A DNA stretch of 64,000 nt, taken from positions 496,001-560,000 of the forward strand of contig CAKKNE010000002.1 of the NCBI GenBank assembly GCA_918797485.1, written 5' to 3'. The translations under genes and the position numbers were made by a program. Origin of the DNA: Pelagomonas calceolata (lineage: Eukaryota). The notes under the pieces were generated by a model. The model did no database searches and was not told where the DNA came from. It worked only from the letters and a program-made list of their open reading frames with translations. Within the stretch, counting starts at the first letter, position 1. Every line of letters starts with the position of its first letter. Of the stretch, positions 60,929 through 64,000 are shown piece by piece.

Positions 60929-61291
60929 GTTGTAGTATTGGTTATTTAAAAAACCAGCTCAGGCTCAGCTGAGGCTGAGGCTGAGGCTAGTTACGTCGTA
61001 GGGTTCCCCGTACCCCTCCCGCTCCCCCCGGGCCCACCCGTCCGGCTGGACTAGGACGCAAGGGCTGAGTCGCAGGGACTCGCACGCCCCCAGCGCACTA
61101 GTGTGTCGCTACACTAGCTCTGTTTTCGGCTCGGCTCGTTTTGATCGCGTGATTAAGGCTGCCCTTGCGCAACGATGATGGGGTCCGCAGCGCTGTTTGT
61201 GCGTGGCGAGTTCATTACCAGCCGTGGCGGGCACGCACAATAAAGCAAATCAGCGTGGCGACGAAGAACTCGAGGTGCACGCCGTGAACTG

Positions 61292-63205
61292 ATGACTCGC
61301 GGCCGCCCCTCCGCCGTGCTCCTCTTCCTGGCGCACGGGCGAGGCGCGGCGGTCGACATCCTGCACGTCATCTTTGATGACTTGCGGCCGGACCTGGGCG
61401 CGTACGGGCGGCGGTGGGCGCGGACGCCGCACCTGGACGCGCTCGCAGACGGTGGCGTAGTCTTCACGCAGGCGCACGCCGCCGTCGCCCTCTGCGCGCC
61501 CTCCCGTGCCTCCTTCTTGACCGGGCGGAGGCCCGACTGGAACGGGGTCATTGACCTGTGGACGCATCATCGCGGCGCGGACAGGCGCGCGGTGACGCTG
61601 CCGCAGGCCCTGCGCGAGAGCGAAGAACGCTACCTGACCGTCTCGTACGGCAAGGTTTTCCACCAGGGTCAGGATGACCCGCTCGCGTGGGCGCCTCAGG
61701 CGGAATTCGCGGACCACCACACGTGCCGCGGAAAACGGTGGTCCCCAGCGACCCCGCCCGGGAGCCCGGGCGATCCATGCCCAGGCCAACGGCCCGCGCG
61801 GTGGAATTATCAGGATTATCAATTACCCGGACTGATGCGCGGGGAAGGCGGCTCCCGCTTTTGGTTTGAGCGTGGCCCCGATGCTAACCCGAACGGTGTC
61901 AATTACACGGACTATGTGATTGCGGACCAGGCACGCGGAGGCCTGGAGCGCCTCGCGGCACAGCCGCGGCCGTGGTACCTCGCCGTCGGCTTCGTGCGTC
62001 CGCACCTCCCATTCAATTCGCCAGCGCCGTTCTTTGACGCGTTCCCGATCGATGCGGTGCCGCCGCCGCCGCGGCCCCGCCCGCCGTCGCATGCGTCGGT
62101 ACTGACGGCAAACTCCGTACGTGTGGGCGAAGGGGAGCTCAACGCCAGAATTTGGAAACGACCAGACGAGGAGGGAAACCTCGTGACAACGTACCTACGG
62201 AAGGCCTCTATGGCCGGAAACTTCGCGGCGGCGTATGCCGCCGCCGTATCGTTTGCAGATGCGCAGTTTGGGCGCGTGATGGACCGTCTGGCGACGCTTG
62301 GTCGGCGTCAAACTACCGCCATCGTCGTGCATGGCGACCACGGTTGGAAGCTCGGTCACCTCGGGGGCTGGGGGAAGAGTTCGCCGCTGACGCAAGACAC
62401 GCACGTTCCGTTGATCATATCGGTGCCGGGGGCGCGGCCCGGGCGCATAGATTTGCCAGTCGAGCTGCTTGATGTCTTCCCGACGATCATAGACTTGGCG
62501 GGCGTTTCGCCCCGGCGCTCTCTCGCGTTGCACGGCCGTAGCCTCCGGCCGACCATCGAGGGTCGCCAAGTCAATGCCGCGGGGTTTGCGGTGTCGCAGT
62601 GGCCACAAGTATTGAATCCTCACCACGAAAACGGAATAACGTGCATGGGATACAGCCTCCGCGTCGCGAACTGGACGCTCATTCAGTGGGTACTCACGCC
62701 AACCCGCTGCAGCAGAACGGGCGGAGCGTTGCATTGCCGCGGGCCGCGACGTGACACGCCGGGGAACGCCGCGGCTTGGAAAGCGATCCAAAGGCGCTTC
62801 GCCGGGGGCGACCCGTGCCGCGGCCACGCTGACCTCTTCCGTGCGCCGCCGGACTACGGAGTAAAGCCGTGGGTTGAGCCCGAAAGCCGAAATATTATCG
62901 ACGCATACCCTCAGATAGCAAAGGAGCTGCGCGAACTCCTTGCCTCGCATCTCGACTTGGACCGCAACCGCGTTGCCCCTTCGACAAAACAAATAAATCG
63001 ACTTTCGGGAACGGTGCCAAACCCGCCCCCCTCCAAGCTCTTACCCAAATACTCAAAAAGTCGTCGTTCTGTTCACCAGCCTATGATTGGCACAACAATT
63101 CATAGTACAAAGGGCGGGCGTTCGGTCACGCACTTCGGCTTCGGCTCCCCGGCTGGGCGGCCTCTTCGTGCCCGGAAAGCCAACTTAATCCCACCTAGAT
63201 TGTGA
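61292..63205 (+). CDS. Formylglycine-dependent sulfatase, iduronate-2-sulfatase-like
   Basis: DDLRP, TPHLD, CAPSRASFLTG, GKVFH, GF.RPHLPF, GDHG, ELLDVFPT. Confidence 0.92.
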   Translation: MTRGRPSAVLLFLAHGRGAAVDILHVIFDDLRPDLGAYGRRWARTPHLDALADGGVVFTQAHAAVALCAPSRASFLTGRRPDWNGVIDLWTHHRGADRRAVTLPQALRESEERYLTVSYGKVFHQGQDDPLAWAPQAEFADHHTCRGKRWSPATPPGSPGDPCPGQRPARWNYQDYQLPGLMRGEGGSRFWFERGPDANPNGVNYTDYVIADQARGGLERLAAQPRPWYLAVGFVRPHLPFNSPAPFFDAFPIDAVPPPPRPRPPSHASVLTANSVRVGEGELNARIWKRPDEEGNLVTTYLRKASMAGNFAAAYAAAVSFADAQFGRVMDRLATLGRRQTTAIVVHGDHGWKLGHLGGWGKSSPLTQDTHVPLIISVPGARPGRIDLPVELLDVFPTIIDLAGVSPRRSLALHGRSLRPTIEGRQVNAAGFAVSQWPQVLNPHHENGITCMGYSLRVANWTLIQWVLTPTRCSRTGGALHCRGPRRDTPGNAAAWKAIQRRFAGGDPCRGHADLFRAPPDYGVKPWVEPESRNIIDAYPQIAKELRELLASHLDLDRNRVAPSTKQINRLSGTVPNPPPSKLLPKYSKSRRSVHQPMIGTTIHSTKGGRSVTHFGFGSPAGRPLRARKANLIPPRL

Positions 63206-63375
63206 GCCCGACGCTGCCCGCCGACTCTTCCGCCGTCGTTCCCGAGCCTATGTATCAGGAGGCCTTTTTAATTTGTAGTAATCTTTACACACGAAAGCGG
63301 GGGGGACAGCGCTCAACCAGTTTTATCAAGAGCTGGGGGATACCTTCCATCATCCTCTACTGTGTCGTCCTTGTC

Positions 63376-64000
63376 TCACTCCTTGTCGACCCACGACCCG
63401 TTGTCCGAGTCCCAGACTTTTCCCGGGATCGTGACGCCCTTCGGCTTCGGGTACTGGTACGGGGTGTGCTTCTTGGTGTCGACGTACCAGAAATTCACGG
63501 GGTCCACCTTATTGCACGGAAGTCCCATGAGGGCAGCACCATATAATTTCTCTTCGAGGTCCAAATGCTTGTCGTCGATTCTCTTCTCATCCATGATTTG
63601 AGGCATCATGCACACCTTCACGTGTTCATACTTATCAATCTTGCCGTCCTTGTTGGCGGATATGGGCCACTTTTGCTTACCCGGAAGAGTAAGCTCGATC
63701 GCTTTGCCGTCTTTGTTGATGCCGTCGAAGGTGAGCTTGCGCGACTCATTGATTATGCACTGTTCCAGGCCGAAAGTAGGCGTGGAACCCTCCTTCATCA
63801 CCTCCTTCATCAAAAACCCCGCGGTGTCGGCAAAGTCCCCAAGAAGGGCGACGCAGAGGTCCGTGCCTTGTACGCGAATCTCCATGCCCTCGCTATCCGC
63901 GACGAACGCTTGGCGGGGGGTGTCCTTGCAGTTCTCGATCTTGAGCGGAGCCCCACGGTGAATTCCATCAGCGACGGCGACGCACTTGTTAGGATACAAC
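63376..64000 (-). CDS. Partial CDS (3' end), possibly ricin-B-like repeats
   Basis: Open frame to the window edge, paired-Cys CV...L....C....Q.F pattern. Confidence 0.55.
   Translation of the reverse strand, partial: LYPNKCVAVADGIHRGAPLKIENCKDTPRQAFVADSEGMEIRVQGTDLCVALLGDFADTAGFLMKEVMKEGSTPTFGLEQCIINESRKLTFDGINKDGKAIELTLPGKQKWPISANKDGKIDKYEHVKVCMMPQIMDEKRIDDKHLDLEEKLYGAALMGLPCNKVDPVNFWYVDTKKHTPYQYPKPKGVTIPGKVWDSDNGSWVDKE

Noticed and set aside
60958..60990. GCTCAG/GCTGAG hexamer repeats after the C2 gene
   Set aside because: Simple microsatellite-like sequence, not a telomeric or functional repeat I can support
61292..63205. Horizontal origin of the sulfatase, suggested by weaker GC3 bias
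   Set aside because: Composition also varies within clearly native genes such as CCDC39 and GOT2, so it cannot be supported without phylogeny

Overview
Gene-dense, very GC-rich eukaryotic nuclear DNA. It most likely comes from a flagellated photosynthetic stramenopile (pelagophyte-like; inferred from bipartite plastid-targeting peptides, ciliary genes CCDC39/POC1 and introner-type introns). About 39 protein genes are present, mostly single-exon with tiny intergenic gaps. Main observations: (1) a family of transposon-derived introns with a 15-bp terminal inverted repeat supplying the AG acceptor in either orientation and a GT/GC donor taken from an 8-9 bp target-site duplication, seen at several stages of decay; (2) a bipartite CTAGCG-N-(TAAGACA)CTAG motif in nearly every promoter-side intergenic region; (3) a selenoprotein thioredoxin reductase (GCUG end) with a SECIS lacking the apical AA; (4) unusual domain architectures: IFT81-CH+DENN, LRR+CHAT, SAP-TM-LAP1/LULL1-like, tandem dioxygenases, multi-C2+Myb+pseudokinase; (5) a nuclear PsbY-like gene. 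All protein family calls are from motif recognition by eye; no database searches were run.
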